Positions 1 to 8,805 are shown, counted from the first letter of the stretch. The stretch: DNA of 63,083 nucleotides from a virus (IMGVR_UViG_3300024302_000009:1-63083), one strand, 5' to 3'. A program made the numbers and translations. The notes: generated by a model from the sequence alone, not told the origin.

Positions 1-670
1 CTGTATCAGTGTCACCAAATACTTTGGTTGATCCTGCTACGCCAGCTAAAGAACCTTTACCATGATTATTCATCTGAGATTTGTCATCCCATTAGTGTTA
101 ACTGGCATTCGACAAACATAACCCGACAGGTTAATAGAGCTACTCCCGTATGCTCTTACTATCAGGTTATTGTTTAGGATGAGTCCCGGTACAATCAGTA
201 CCAAGCCAATATCCGGGGCTATTGTATAAGGTATTAAGTCATCTGTGGATGTTACTCCACCCCACTCAATAGTTACGTCTTGGTTTGTACTACCTGTATT
301 TACAGCATAGATAAAGATTTGCTCATGAACGTCTTGTGTGCCAGCTACAGACTGACAGGTATGTATAATAGTACCGGGTGTGCTGGAACTACTGACTTTG
401 ATTTGCCTACCATTAGTCGAGCCACTCAGTAGCTTTGTGTAGGACAACTCAGCCATGACTTAAGCTACAAAACGGCAGTGTACGTTAAAGGTAGAGGCAG
501 TCGTGTAGGTACCTGTGCTGGTTACCTTGACACGGATTTTAGAACCAATCCAACCATCAATGTCAGTGTTATCTGCCAGAGCACCATCAGTAGGTGTAGC
601 GTGCGTATGTGCTAGTGCACCTTGCACAGCAGACACTTTACGCAAAGAGGACGTAGTGGCATTGAATGCT
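1..670. repeat. Imperfect terminal direct repeat, left copy (other copy 62414-63083)
   Basis: Ungapped alignment at offset 62413. Near-identical at both ends, with many substitutions inside the 128-aa gene. Confidence 0.95.
70..456 (-). CDS. Hypothetical protein, probably virion-associated (allele A; paralog/allele at 62483-62869)
   Basis: 128-aa beta-rich ORF in the late - strand operon. 103/128 aa identical to the right-end copy by manual count. Confidence 0.8.
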   Translation of the reverse strand: MAELSYTKLLSGSTNGRQIKVSSSSTPGTIIHTCQSVAGTQDVHEQIFIYAVNTGSTNQDVTIEWGGVTSTDDLIPYTIAPDIGLVLIVPGLILNNNLIVRAYGSSSINLSGYVCRMPVNTNGMTNLR

Positions 671-870
671 GATACATCAACCCAGTTGCTACCATCAATA
701 GAGCACTGTACCCATGCAGTAAGATCAGTTCCACCGCCACCTACAAACATGTTGTACTGAAGTACAAGACCAGTGCAGTTGTCTGGCACGATCTGCTCGG
801 TCCCTACATCTGCTGTTAGTGCAGTGGTGATAGTTCCTGAATATAAATTCAGTGCTTCTTTAGTAGCCAT
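460..870 (-). CDS. Hypothetical beta-rich protein, probably structural
   Basis: 136 aa, Thr/Val/Gly-rich, tightly packed in the operon. Its C-terminal part is repeated at 62873-63083. Confidence 0.75.
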   Translation of the reverse strand: MATKEALNLYSGTITTALTADVGTEQIVPDNCTGLVLQYNMFVGGGGTDLTAWVQCSIDGSNWVDVSAFNATTSSLRKVSAVQGALAHTHATPTDGALADNTDIDGWIGSKIRVKVTSTGTYTTASTFNVHCRFVA

Positions 871-873
871 TAT

Positions 874-1812
874 TTACCGTCCAAAATATTTCTTGCGTTG
901 GGCTTCATTGTACTTGCGGTTCTTTGTATCTTGTGCGAACTTCTTCTGAGCAGCAGTAGGACCCTTCTTGATAGCGGCCTTACGCTTAGCCCGAGAAGCG
1001 TCAACTACAGCTTTCTTGCTATTCTGTACAGACTTGTTAGCTGCACTGCGCTTAGCGGCTGTGGTGTCCACATTCTTGCTTACTACAGATTTGGTTTTCT
1101 TTGCAGGTACGTTGGCCTTAGGAGGAGATGTACGAGCAGTAGCAATTGTGCGACCAGCGCCAGCAGCACCGATAGAACGACGATCTGTAATAGACTTCTT
1201 CTTTGCAGGAGCTTTAGGGGCAGTCTTGGTACGAGTCTTACGCTGAGCAATAGTGTCTTTAGACTGAGCCAGTTGCTTCTCTTTGAGAGTAAGCTTAGGT
1301 GCTACTGTGGCGCGGCTACGATACGAAGCAGCACGCTTCTTACCAACATCCAGAGCTTGCTTGTCAAAAGCTGCTTTACGAGGTTTGTTAGTAGCTAACC
1401 CTTTTTCTTTTTTCTTTTTGTTCACTGCGTCACTGAGCATACTAGCACCACCTACTACCGCAGCCACAGGAAGCATCCTACGTAGTCCACCCTTCAGTGC
1501 GCTCTTAACCATCCCTTTGACGTTGCGAGGAGGCTGCTTAGTGCCGCCACCAGTAGTAGGCTTTGCTTTAGGAGCAGCCTTAGATTTAGGCTTTGCTTTA
1601 GCTTCTGGTTTAGGAGAACCCTTAGCACCACCACGACCACCGTCAGGGGCCTTACCCGTCATTGGTTTACTAGGCTTAGCAGTCTTTTTGATTGGGGAAC
1701 CACCAGCTTGCTTGGCGTTATACGCCCGTGCGTTCTTGTTCTTCTGTAGACGTACAGCTTTCTGTGCTTTCGTCTCATGTGCTGGTGTTGGTAGAATTGG
1801 TCGTTTGCCCAT
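874..1812 (-). CDS. Very basic Lys/Ala-rich (histone H1-like) protein
   Basis: 312 aa with many PKAK/AKK motifs and one central hydrophobic stretch (LPVAAVVGGASML). Confidence 0.75.
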   Translation of the reverse strand: MGKRPILPTPAHETKAQKAVRLQKNKNARAYNAKQAGGSPIKKTAKPSKPMTGKAPDGGRGGAKGSPKPEAKAKPKSKAAPKAKPTTGGGTKQPPRNVKGMVKSALKGGLRRMLPVAAVVGGASMLSDAVNKKKKEKGLATNKPRKAAFDKQALDVGKKRAASYRSRATVAPKLTLKEKQLAQSKDTIAQRKTRTKTAPKAPAKKKSITDRRSIGAAGAGRTIATARTSPPKANVPAKKTKSVVSKNVDTTAAKRSAANKSVQNSKKAVVDASRAKRKAAIKKGPTAAQKKFAQDTKNRKYNEAQRKKYFGR

Positions 1813-1901
1813 AATATATTCCTAGTTAATAATTAGCCCCCCAACAGGGAGAAGATTGGGTAGGAGACGCCACTATTACGTGGGCCTCAACTGTTTAAGG
1901 G

Positions 1902-2309
1902 CTAAAAGTTTGAAGCTTGTAGTCCAGCTTTGCCTAATGTTACAAAGGCATAAGCATAATGATCTTTACCCTGAGGATCAGTATATTTAATCTCAATTAG
2001 TTGCATACGATTGTTTTGGAAGTCTGTGAACTCAGCCAATATCTTGTTGATAGGGGCTGGAGCATTACGACCATGAAAACTGAAGCAGACACCATTCTCA
2101 AGTGCCTTCTTCATGGAAGCATTGACATGTTCCTGACGCTCACGCTTAGCAATAGTTGGGTCAGCAGCGATGCGTGAAAGATCAAGGACGAATTGTTTAT
2201 TTGTACAGTAACCACCTACATTGGCTATCTCACCAGCTTTAAAGGCTAGTGCTGGTAGTGATACCAGCATTCCAAAGGTCAATAGAGCTATTGCAATAAA
2301 TTTAAACAT
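1902..2309 (-). CDS. Secreted/periplasmic hypothetical protein
   Basis: N-terminal Sec signal peptide (MFKFIAIALLTFGMLVSLPALA) and two Cys residues. Confidence 0.75.
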   Translation of the reverse strand: MFKFIAIALLTFGMLVSLPALAFKAGEIANVGGYCTNKQFVLDLSRIAADPTIAKRERQEHVNASMKKALENGVCFSFHGRNAPAPINKILAEFTDFQNNRMQLIEIKYTDPQGKDHYAYAFVTLGKAGLQASNF

Positions 2310-2390
2310 ACGTTAGTCCTTAGGTTATAATTGGGTGCGCACCCATACTCAAGAAGACTCACTCACGTTACCGCTTTCCTGAGATTTTTC

Positions 2391-2537
2391 TTAGTCTGTT
2401 GAATTTCTGGTTAGTATCTCTAGTCTCTCTTTTTCGTAATCATCGTACAAGCGAGCTGCGAACTTGATGGCTCCCTCTTTACTCATCCCTGAGTCCATCA
2501 GGTGTTTGATGTACAGACTACGTTTGTCTTCCTTCAT
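2391..2537 (-). CDS. Small hypothetical protein (48 aa, MKEDKRSLYIK...)
   Basis: Manual translation. First ORF downstream of the - strand promoter at 2571-2598, with a purine-rich RBS. Confidence 0.55.
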   Translation of the reverse strand: MKEDKRSLYIKHLMDSGMSKEGAIKFAARLYDDYEKERLEILTRNSTD

Positions 2538-2570
2538 TTCACACCCTTTCTGTCTCTTGCCCTACTTACT

Positions 2571-2598
2571 ATTATAGGTTCTCTCACGGGTTTGTCAA
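2571..2598 (-). promoter_or_regulatory. Class II promoter TTGACA-AACCCGTGAGAGAACC-TATAAT, driving the leftward (late-strand) operon
   Basis: Perfect -35 and -10 with a 16-bp spacer nearly identical to three other copies. Confidence 0.85.
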
Positions 2599-2631
2599 GT
2601 AAAAAATGCATGGTGTTGCAAATATGTCACT

Positions 2632-2957
2632 TAAGTAGTTGATTACAAACAAAAGAAAGTTTTAATTTAGTTTACTGATTTTATGCTATTTATGGGTGTA
2701 TACCTAATATAATTACATGCCCAAGTTAACTACTTGATTACAAAGGTTTATTAAGGACTTTATTTTCACGTTTTGTAAGGGGGGTTAGGGGCTAAGATTT
2801 ATATGTGTAGTTACAAGGACTTAGTAATAAAAGTCTTAATACGTAGGTAATATCAATGACTTAATGTTGAAATGTAACGAAGTCTCTCTATTTCCCTATT
2901 TAGGCTTTATTTTTGGAGGGTTTGCTAAACTTTCTTTCGTTCTATATCAAGGAGTTA
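2632..2957. promoter_or_regulatory. AT-rich region with clustered IHF-consensus sites (WATCAANNNNTTR)
   Basis: Exact matches at 2632-2644(-), 2727-2739(-), 2851-2863(+) and 2945-2957(+), plus near matches. Confidence 0.6.
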
Positions 2958-2979
2958 GCAATTTGTTACAAAATAGTAC

Positions 2980-3007
2980 TTGACAAAACCCTGAGAGAAC
3001 CTATAAT
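2980..3007 (+). promoter_or_regulatory. Class II promoter TTGACA-AAACCCTGAGAGAACC-TATAAT
   Basis: Perfect hexamers with the conserved 16-bp spacer. No ORF downstream. Confidence 0.85.
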
Positions 3008-4098
3008 AGTACTTAGTACCCCACCGGGTTATATACCACGGGGGTCCCGATTTCCTCCTTAAGTATATTACTTAGTTTTCCCCTTTATATGTTCTCTAGT
3101 CCTTTCAAAGAACCACCTAAAATAAAAACTATGATTTCCCCCCGCTATAAGACCACTATACATCTGTAGGAAGACATAGAGTATACGCCTTTATGGCACT
3201 GCTGTATCCCCCACCCCATTAAGCCTTTAGGGCACCCTCTTTGTATGGGGCTTTAATGAGGTAGACACTTATTATTTGTATAATTATGTTCACCTCAATA
3301 CAATTAAACATATAAGACCCCCCGTGGCCCCTGCCCCCTCTCCCTATAATAGTACGACCACACTATTTCCCCGTGTATTACCTGACCGTAACTCCCGCTT
3401 GCCCTGCAATATAACTCATTAGTGTACTAACGATACACTCAATACTAGCATATCACAAACTATTACAACATGTTACCAATCAATTACCATGCCAACTAAT
3501 TCACCTGTTGCATTAATACCACATGTCAAGCACATAATGTATATTAGCATTATCACATATACGGTCTGAACTGTACCAGTATGGCACAATGTGTATCATT
3601 AAGGTATGCACTCACTGCATGGCTGCATCACAATGGCACACCTGTATCACATTGGTACGGTCCTGTATGCCCTGACGTTGCCCTGTAAGGGCCTTTGGCT
3701 CGTTTGGTACCCGTTGGTAGCCAGCAAATTGGATGGCTTGTGTGGTCATCCTCATGCCACCACGCTTATATTAGCTTTCTCTAATTTACGGTCATATTCA
3801 CTTTTGCTAATATACGGTCCGGGTTGTGTTACTGGTAACAATACAACCCCTTCGCTCTGGGCTGTTGAACGAGCCGTAAATCCCAATTAGGTTGTATTAG
3901 CATTACCTAATGCAACTACGGTCTGGCGGTTGTATCCCAAATAGTAATGCTCGTTTTTAAGCCTTTTCTTAAGGTGCCTTAAGGTTTTCAAACGTCTGTA
4001 ATCAGGGGCCAAAACGTGTCACGCAATGTCATGGAATACCTTGTATCCTGAATTACTGCCCTGAATTGTTGTTTAGTTTCAATAGGTTATTTTAGCGT

Positions 4099-4127
4099 TT
4101 GACATAAGGTGCTAGACAAGCGATAAT
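4099..4127 (+). promoter_or_regulatory. Class I early promoter TTGACATAAG-N13-GATAAT
   Basis: Sigma70-like with 17-bp spacer. Shares TTGACATAAG with five other copies. Confidence 0.8.
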
Positions 4128-4207
4128 AGGAATAGTTAAAGAGAAGTGATTAAGGGGATTGACCCCGAACCAGCCAATTTTGGCACATTGAATAGGAACC
4201 AAAGATC

Positions 4208-5191
4208 ATGGCAAATGCCACAAAGACAGTTAAGAAAGCCAAAGCAGCGAAAGCCGCCAAAGCAGCCACCGAGCCAAAGCAATCAGCAGCCGATAAGGCA
4301 CTAGCTTTGACAGAGCGCAAAGCAGCGCAAGAGTTCAAGGCAATCCTGCTGACTTCCACAAGTGAAAAGAATCAGATGGAAAGTGACGTTGACGTTATTT
4401 CCCGTCGTGTGCAGGACTTCATTAAGAAGCATAAAGCAGCCAATAAAGACGCTGTTTATGTTGCACCTGATCGTCAGACCTTGCGCAAGTTCGTTTATGC
4501 TTCTGCTGACTACAACCGCAAGGTTTTGGAAATTGCACCTTTCGAAACTCGCACTTCTGCTGGTGTCAAAGCTGCATTGTTGGCCGTCAAAGCACCTACG
4601 GTTGAGAGTAGTTTCTCAATCAATGATAGTGACGCGACAATTTCCGCCAAAATCAAAGTCGATAGCAAAGGACGTTGCACCTTGCCTCAATCCTTCATTA
4701 GCCCCGTCGTTTATGATGATGAAATTGTTGACGGCAAGGCAACCGGGAAAAAGATTGCTCGCCAGAACACCAACAAAACGCAAATGGTTTTATCTGAAAA
4801 GATGATCAGCAGCTTGTTCGCAAACCATGTTGAGGCAACCGCCAGCAGGGCAGCCAAAGCCGGACAAGGTGCAACAACCGGACAAGTGACTAAGGAACAA
4901 TTGTCCAAAGCCGGAACATTGGACCTGATCAAAGCGTTATCCACTCGCATTAATGCAGCAGTCAAAAAGGGCAATGATGCAGTACTGGATTTTGAAGTTG
5001 ATGTTGTTGATGCCCTGACAAGGCTAGAAGATAATATTGGAATGTTTCAAGAGAAACACGCCAAAGCATCCAATGAGCTGGCTTCTGAATTGGCTAAAGA
5101 TGATCAGGCAATCCTTGATGCAGAAGCAGCCGAGATTGATGATGCAGCAGACTTTATCCAAGGCGTCGCCAAAGCTGCAAAGGCTAGCTAA
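4208..5191 (+). CDS. First early gene, 327-aa Ala/Lys-rich hypothetical protein with acidic C-terminus
   Basis: Long ORF with its own promoter, RBS (AGGA) and terminator. Confidence 0.85.
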   Translation: MANATKTVKKAKAAKAAKAATEPKQSAADKALALTERKAAQEFKAILLTSTSEKNQMESDVDVISRRVQDFIKKHKAANKDAVYVAPDRQTLRKFVYASADYNRKVLEIAPFETRTSAGVKAALLAVKAPTVESSFSINDSDATISAKIKVDSKGRCTLPQSFISPVVYDDEIVDGKATGKKIARQNTNKTQMVLSEKMISSLFANHVEATASRAAKAGQGATTGQVTKEQLSKAGTLDLIKALSTRINAAVKKGNDAVLDFEVDVVDALTRLEDNIGMFQEKHAKASNELASELAKDDQAILDAEAAEIDDAADFIQGVAKAAKAS

Positions 5192-5211
5192 CTTACAACC
5201 CCCCCAACTAA

Positions 5212-5244
5212 CCCTGCTGCCTTCGGGCAGTGGGGTATTTTTTT
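5212..5244 (+). terminator. Rho-independent terminator
   Basis: CCCTGCTGCC-TTCG-GGCAGTGGGG hairpin followed by TATTTTTTT. Confidence 0.9.
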
Positions 5245-5405
5245 GTCCAAAATTTCCTTACGGTCACGGTCATAAAAGTAAAGGAAAAGAAAAGAAATGC
5301 AAAAGTAATAGTAAAAGAGGACTTACGGTCCAGAAAAGAAGTAAAGAAATAGGCGGCAAAGTAGTGTCAGAAAAGTATTACTGTGCATACATATGGTAGT
5401 ATGAC

Positions 5406-5434
5406 TTGACATAAGCAACTACTTGTAGTAGTAT
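5406..5434 (+). promoter_or_regulatory. Class I early promoter TTGACATAAG...TAGTAT
   Basis: 17-bp spacer, followed by the AGGGACA leader shared with other copies. Confidence 0.75.
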
Positions 5435-5464
5435 ATAGGGACAGTCAGGAAAGAGGAGCGAGAC

Positions 5465-5620
5465 ATGAGACGACAAGACCTGAGAACAATCCAGCTACTG
5501 CTTGAACAGTTACGCGACCTTGTTAAGATACAACAAGAGAGCCACGACATATCGGATGAAGACGCATCCCGTATGTTCTCCAACAAAATTAACCAGCTTG
5601 AGATATACTCACGCAAATAA
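5465..5620 (+). CDS. Small hypothetical protein (51 aa)
   Basis: Manual translation MRRQDLRTIQLL... with GAGGAG RBS. Confidence 0.6.
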   Translation: MRRQDLRTIQLLLEQLRDLVKIQQESHDISDEDASRMFSNKINQLEIYSRK

Positions 5621-5647
5621 CACCAACGCATATGGAAGGAAAGAAGT

Positions 5648-5905
5648 ATGCTCTACATAGTGAAGGCAAGACATAATCCCCTCGACACATATGGTCCCTA
5701 CGCCACGAAGGCAGAGGCCAAGCTGATCAGGGATGAGCTATCCCCTGCTCCTGCTCCTAATACACAAGAGCAACGGGACCTGTATACCCAGTACAAAGCT
5801 GATGTGAAAGCAGGTAAGAAAGTGACCAAGCACATTGTGTCACCTGATGAAGCACGTAGCTGGTACATCGCTCGTACTGATGCACATGCAAGGGGAGCAA
5901 GCTAA
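5648..5905 (+). CDS. Hypothetical protein
   Basis: 85-aa ORF with AAGGA RBS, translationally coupled to the next gene. Confidence 0.7.
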   Translation: MLYIVKARHNPLDTYGPYATKAEAKLIRDELSPAPAPNTQEQRDLYTQYKADVKAGKKVTKHIVSPDEARSWYIARTDAHARGAS

Positions 5906-6240
5906 TGCCCACATTCACACATGACGAAATGAACATCATTAACTTCTACCTGAAGGAAGTGTTGCATCATACTGGATTTGCATATGATCATCATGAGGGT
6001 GAGGTTATCTCTCTCATTGCAAAGACTACTCTTGTAGGTCTTCCAAGGAAGGCTGCCAGTGTTGATGAGTGCATAGCTATTGAGCAAGAGCTGGAGCGTA
6101 AGTACAACGAGGACTTCGCAATCAAATACCACTCCAAAGGTTTCATTGATGGTGCCAAGGCTTACAAGGCTGGTACGTTTGTAGCCAATGGTATCACTGA
6201 TCCTGATGACCCTGCATGTGAGGAGGATGACGATGAGTAA
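5905..6240 (+). CDS. Hypothetical protein with acidic tail
   Basis: 111 aa, TAATG overlap with the upstream gene. Confidence 0.7.
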   Translation: MPTFTHDEMNIINFYLKEVLHHTGFAYDHHEGEVISLIAKTTLVGLPRKAASVDECIAIEQELERKYNEDFAIKYHSKGFIDGAKAYKAGTFVANGITDPDDPACEEDDDE

Positions 6241-6376
6241 GAAAAACCTAGAGGCAGGGCATTATTACGCAGGTAACAAGGGCAGAACTACTTTTACACC
6301 TTTCAAGAGGACACCGGAGGAGCATCGCGCCCGTGTAGCTGCAAAGAAACTCTTGAAGAAAAGGAAAAGGAAATGA
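6233..6376 (+). CDS. Small basic hypothetical protein (MSKKNLEAG...)
   Basis: Internal ATG of ORF 6188-6376 after GGAGG, coupled to its neighbours. Confidence 0.55.
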   Translation: MSKKNLEAGHYYAGNKGRTTFTPFKRTPEEHRARVAAKKLLKKRKRK

Positions 6377-6462
6377 GAAACCTCTACCTGCTATTCGTCA
6401 TAGCCTTCTGTATGTATAGCGTCGCTGTACTTGGCATGTTGGGCTATCTTTGGGTCACATAA
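6373..6462 (+). CDS. Single-TM micropeptide (29 aa)
   Basis: MRNLYLLFVIAFCMYSVAVLGMLGYLWVT. ATGA overlap and AAGGA RBS. Confidence 0.55.
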   Translation: MRNLYLLFVIAFCMYSVAVLGMLGYLWVT

Positions 6463-6473
6463 GGAGAAAGACA

Positions 6474-6890
6474 ATGGAAGATTTTAAGACGTTTCTGGAA
6501 GCTATTAGTGGTTTGGTTGAGGGTGTACCTGATGTAGCTTTGTGGATCATCGGTATGTTCTTTGTATTCAAACTTACATTATTCCTCTCTGTTACTGGCT
6601 CTACTGTACTACTGGGTAAGTTAGCTATCAACAAGTTACATAGTTGGGCAACTAAGGAAAAGATTAACCTAACGGATACCTCCATGTATTTCACTGATGC
6701 TGCCGAGGGAATAGTACGATTAGCTATCACTACAGATGGTACTGACGCACGATTAATACGTCTACTTCGTACAAAGATAAGTGGTAAGCGTTGTAGTCTA
6801 GGGTCGGCTTATATTCATAGTGACTCTGTTGATTGGCTAGAAGATGCCATCAATGAAAAAGAGGAACGAGAAATGGCAGAGGCGGGATAA
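6474..6890 (+). CDS. Membrane hypothetical protein
   Basis: Start MEDFK after AAGGAG, with a hydrophobic N-terminal segment. Confidence 0.7.
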   Translation: MEDFKTFLEAISGLVEGVPDVALWIIGMFFVFKLTLFLSVTGSTVLLGKLAINKLHSWATKEKINLTDTSMYFTDAAEGIVRLAITTDGTDARLIRLLRTKISGKRCSLGSAYIHSDSVDWLEDAINEKEEREMAEAG

Positions 6891-6923
6891 ATACGGTCAT
6901 TACGGTCAGAAAAAGGAAAAGAA

Positions 6924-7100
6924 ATGGAAAATTCACGCAACTGGAAATACTGGATGGGCCACAAGGAGTGGTTCCTCCACCGTCAGCTCAAAAACATTGA
7001 GATGCAGGAAATTGCCCTGACAGCGAAGAAGGCAGCAATCAAGCTGGCTGTAAGCAAAAAGAGGGAAACACCTGTAGTAGAGTCCATGTGGTTGACTTGA
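6924..7100 (+). CDS. Small hypothetical protein (58 aa)
   Basis: Manual translation MENSRNWKYW... The stop codon lies inside the next TTGACA. Confidence 0.55.
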   Translation: MENSRNWKYWMGHKEWFLHRQLKNIEMQEIALTAKKAAIKLAVSKKRETPVVESMWLT

Positions 7101-7125
7101 CATAAGTGTGTCATAATGGTACAAT
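7097..7125 (+). promoter_or_regulatory. Class I early promoter TTGACATAAG...TACAAT
   Basis: 17-bp spacer and TGn extended -10. Confidence 0.85.
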
Positions 7126-7164
7126 AGGGACAGTTGGAAAGCGTCTCAAACAGAAGGACTATCA

Positions 7165-7443
7165 ATGCCTAACATCAACCTCGTAATCAGTAATGAACAG
7201 TATCTTGCTCTGCGTGAGGCTGTGCTTACTCCATCGGATCAGCGTGCCATTGAGAAAGAGGCTGCTGGCCTACACTTCACCAAGGATGAGCTTGGGTGGA
7301 TCAAGTCATACATGACACATGCGTACAAGACCACTGACTCCTTTGAAGGTGATCATGATGGTACCAACTGTTTCAACATATCTGTAAAGGCTGGTCTTAT
7401 GGCTGCTAACTTTGATGTTGATGATTGGGAAGGAGAGGAGTAA
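7165..7443 (+). CDS. Hypothetical protein
   Basis: 92-aa ORF with AAGGA RBS. Confidence 0.7.
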   Translation: MPNINLVISNEQYLALREAVLTPSDQRAIEKEAAGLHFTKDELGWIKSYMTHAYKTTDSFEGDHDGTNCFNISVKAGLMAANFDVDDWEGEE

Positions 7444-7961
7444 TGCCTGAAGTATTTGCCATATCTGACCTACATCTAGGTCACAACAACGTGTTAAACT
7501 TCACGCATGATGATAAGCCTCTGCGTGACTTTGCTAACACTGATGATATGCATGAGTGTATCATTGAGAGTTGGAACTCTGTTGTGTCTCCCGGTGACAA
7601 AGTATATGTCCTTGGTGACGTAGCTATGCGTAAGTCTGCCCTTCACCTTATGAATGAGATGAATGGCAGTAAACGTCTGGTGTTGGGTAATCATGACCTG
7701 TACAAATCACAGGTGTACCTCCAGTACTTCAAACAACTCTATGGTATCCGGCAAATCAACGGGCTATGGCTTACTCATGCACCTATGGAGCTTGGTGCTG
7801 TTGAGCAGGAGCGTGTAGGGCTAAATGTCCACGGTCATCTTCACGCTAACAGGGTAGCTCACCCTAAATACTTCAACGCATGTGTGGAGGCGATTAACTA
7901 CACACCTGTATCATTCGATTATCTATATGCTGTAGCAGACATAGCAAGAGGAGAAGACTGA
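7443..7961 (+). CDS. Calcineurin-like metallophosphoesterase
   Basis: SDLH, LGD, GNHD, THAP and VHGHLH motifs. Start MPEVF after GAGGAG. Confidence 0.9.
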   Translation: MPEVFAISDLHLGHNNVLNFTHDDKPLRDFANTDDMHECIIESWNSVVSPGDKVYVLGDVAMRKSALHLMNEMNGSKRLVLGNHDLYKSQVYLQYFKQLYGIRQINGLWLTHAPMELGAVEQERVGLNVHGHLHANRVAHPKYFNACVEAINYTPVSFDYLYAVADIARGED

Positions 7962-8239
7962 TGGTTAACCTAGCCCGTCGTAAGACCAGAACTGTATCCG
8001 CAAATGGTCGGGAGGAGAGTGATGACTGGACACCTGTCTACCTTGATGTGCCCCATGAGGAGGCTGTAGAGGTATTCACCAAGGCTCTCGGCTTGCTGCA
8101 TGACATTGAGTTTGTGCGTAACAACTACAAGAAGGAGAAAATGGCTGACCTTATATTCGATGTAGGTGTGCACATTGATCGTGTGACTAACGAGAATGGT
8201 GGGCTTACCTTCATGAAACTTCAACGAGGTTTGACATAA
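7961..8239 (+). CDS. Hypothetical protein
   Basis: 92 aa, coupled to the upstream gene. Its stop lies in the next promoter. Confidence 0.65.
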   Translation: MVNLARRKTRTVSANGREESDDWTPVYLDVPHEEAVEVFTKALGLLHDIEFVRNNYKKEKMADLIFDVGVHIDRVTNENGGLTFMKLQRGLT

Positions 8240-8259
8240 GCGTTGTATTGTAGTATACT
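8231..8259 (+). promoter_or_regulatory. Class I early promoter TTGACATAAG...TATACT
   Basis: 17-bp spacer. Confidence 0.85.
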
Positions 8260-8282
8260 GTAGGGACAATAAGGAGAAAGAA

Positions 8283-8495
8283 ATGAAAATTACCCCGGTA
8301 ATTGGTATGGAAGTATATTACAACCATACTGGCATACATAAAAAAGTAGTTAGTATAGATGAAAGGGTGCGTTTCAGAGACTTACGTTATCCCCATCGCA
8401 CTTCAAATGCATTCCATAGCGAGTTTTCTACAAGTAATTACACCCTTATTAACAGAACCCCACGACAAAAGATAGAAGCAATGCTCATGAAATAG
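8283..8495 (+). CDS. KIExML-tail family member 1 (SH3/KOW-like)
   Basis: VIGMEV start motif, ends TPRQKIEAMLMK. Confidence 0.8.
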   Translation: MKITPVIGMEVYYNHTGIHKKVVSIDERVRFRDLRYPHRTSNAFHSEFSTSNYTLINRTPRQKIEAMLMK

Positions 8496-8504
8496 GAGAG
8501 AGAC

Positions 8505-8801
8505 ATGAAATATTTTGTAATCCTAGCAATACTGTTAGGTTATTCATCCCAAGCCAATGCACAAGTAGTGTGTGGCGATAGAAAAGTATACATAGAGACA
8601 CTCAAGGCCACGCACAAAGAGGTTACCACATCTATGGGCCTCAACAGCAACGGTAATGTAATTGAAGTGTTGGTGTCCCCTACTGGTAGCTGGACACTGT
8701 TGTCCACTTCCCCCAAGGGTAAATCTTGTGTGCTTATGTATGGTGAGGCGTGGATGAATATGCCTAAGCAAAATATTTCAGGCCCCTCAATAGAAGGATA
8801 A
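8505..8801 (+). CDS. Small secreted protein
   Basis: Signal peptide ending ANA, and a Cys pair (CGDR...KSCVL). Confidence 0.75.
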   Translation: MKYFVILAILLGYSSQANAQVVCGDRKVYIETLKATHKEVTTSMGLNSNGNVIEVLVSPTGSWTLLSTSPKGKSCVLMYGEAWMNMPKQNISGPSIEG

Positions 8802-8805
8802 GAGA

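Noticed and set aside
1-670. Diversity-generating retroelement TR/VR pair, or true physical DTR
   Set aside because: There is no reverse transcriptase, and the differences are not adenine-specific and include many synonymous changes. The repeat cuts through genes mid-operon; the physical ends more likely lie in the 2.6-4.1 kb non-coding region.
898-1825. Long antisense ORFs here and elsewhere (e.g. 40349-40894, 45667-46278)
   Set aside because: They are shadows of biased-codon genes on the opposite strand, with no RBS or motifs.
3606-3890. 94-aa ORF in the non-coding region
   Set aside because: No clear RBS, atypical composition, and it overlaps the TACGGTC motif cluster.
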